Source of the DNA: Ktedonobacterales bacterium
GTDB taxonomy: Bacteria > Chloroflexota > Ktedonobacteria > Ktedonobacterales > JADMIN01
DNA length: 32,000 bases
NCBI GenBank assembly: GCA_030167145.1
Contig: CP126532.1
Coordinates: 4,290,001-4,322,000 of the forward strand
Direction: 5' to 3'
This document shows positions 31,486 through 32,000 of the stretch, piece by piece. The stretch's first letter is position 1. Each line of letters begins with the position of its first letter. The notes beneath the pieces are model-generated. The model searched no databases and was not told the origin of the DNA. It saw only the letters and a list, made by a program, of their open reading frames with translations. The position numbers and the translations under genes were made by a program.

Positions 31486-31513
31486 CAACCCGCCCTGACG
31501 TTCATAACACGCG

Positions 31514-32000
31514 CTAGGCGACTTCTTCTGCTGCGTCTGCTGTGGCCGGGACGGCAAGAGATTTGGCTTTGGCGGCCTGGCGCGCGAGCAGGGCGGGCGG
31601 AATGCGATAGACATCGGTGACGAGACCCAGTCGCTCTAGCGCCCAGATGAGATAGCCGGAGAAGTCGAATTGCCACCAGCGGAGGCCGTGGAAAGCGGAG
31701 CGCGGGAAGGCGTGGTGGTTGTTGTGCCAGCCCTCGCCGAATGCCAGCAGCCCGACGACCCACTCGTTGCGGCTGCGGTCCACGGTCTCGAACATGCGGC
31801 GTCCGAAGGTGTGGCAGACGGAGTTGACGCTCCAAGTGACGTGATGGGTGAGGAACATGCGCACCAGCCCGCCCCAGAGGAGGCCAGTCAACGCGCCGGG
31901 CCAGCCGCCGAGCAGACCGCCCACGGCGAAGGGAATAGCGAGCGAGAGCAGCGCCCAGAGCAGGAAGGTGCGGCTGACGAACATGACAATCTTGTCGCTC
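31514..32000 (-). CDS. acyl-CoA/acyl-lipid delta-9-type fatty acid desaturase (C-terminal part; N-terminus beyond the right window edge)
   Basis: NSVCHTFGRRMFETVDRSRNEWVVGLLAFGEGWHNNHHAFPRSA contains the third histidine box (HNNHH) of membrane desaturases. The reading frame stays open upstream of the track's Met 31984 to the window edge (...SDKIVMFVSRTF...). Confidence 0.88.
   Translation of the reverse strand, partial: SDKIVMFVSRTFLLWALLSLAIPFAVGGLLGGWPGALTGLLWGGLVRMFLTHHVTWSVNSVCHTFGRRMFETVDRSRNEWVVGLLAFGEGWHNNHHAFPRSAFHGLRWWQFDFSGYLIWALERLGLVTDVYRIPPALLARQAAKAKSLAVPATADAAEEVA

Noticed and set aside
1-32000. CRISPR arrays, rRNA genes, toxin-antitoxin pairs, and known defence systems (restriction-modification, Abi, CBASS-like and similar).
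   Set aside because: I saw no regularly spaced repeat-spacer structure and no rRNA-like conserved blocks. No small paired ORFs or methyltransferase, nuclease or cyclase motifs were recognisable anywhere in the window.

Overview
This is a gene-dense, high-GC bacterial chromosomal window. By eye roughly two-thirds of bases are G+C and third codon positions are saturated with G/C. The repeat families and protein styles suggest a Chloroflexota-like organism, but I cannot verify that. I can support about 30 protein-coding genes, one tRNA-Gln(CTG), two small interspersed repeat families, several promoters and terminators, and one decayed IS5-family element. Many long ORFs in the supplied track are antisense shadows typical of high-GC DNA, and I rejected them. 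One real gene, an amidohydrolase at the left edge on the minus strand, is missing from the track because it has no stop codon inside the window. From left to right the window contains: an amidohydrolase; an MDR-type dehydrogenase; an EF-G2-like GTPase; glyA; a class A PBP divergent from an envelope-glycan cluster (O-antigen-ligase-like protein, two GT4 glycosyltransferases, a PHP phosphoesterase); an S51 peptidase; a GNAT; CoA-transferase subunits A and B; tRNA-Gln; two HEAT-repeat ORFs separated by an in-frame TAG; an alpha/beta hydrolase; a small membrane protein; a lipoprotein; a TolB-like/C39-like peptidase fusion; mnmE; an epoxide-hydrolase-like protein; an RluB-type pseudouridine synthase; a PadR plus Clp_N-protein operon; and a fatty-acid desaturase at the right edge. 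The most interesting locus is a ~2.3 kb lower-GC islet at about 29170-31513. It carries two translationally coupled genes of unknown function next to the decayed IS5 element. Their motif patterns recall the Nmad2 and Nmad3 'nucleotide-modification-associated' families, but that is recollection, not a search result. I propose this pair as a candidate uncharacterised nucleic-acid modification or defence module. All functional calls rest on motifs I recognised by eye, and no database search was run.
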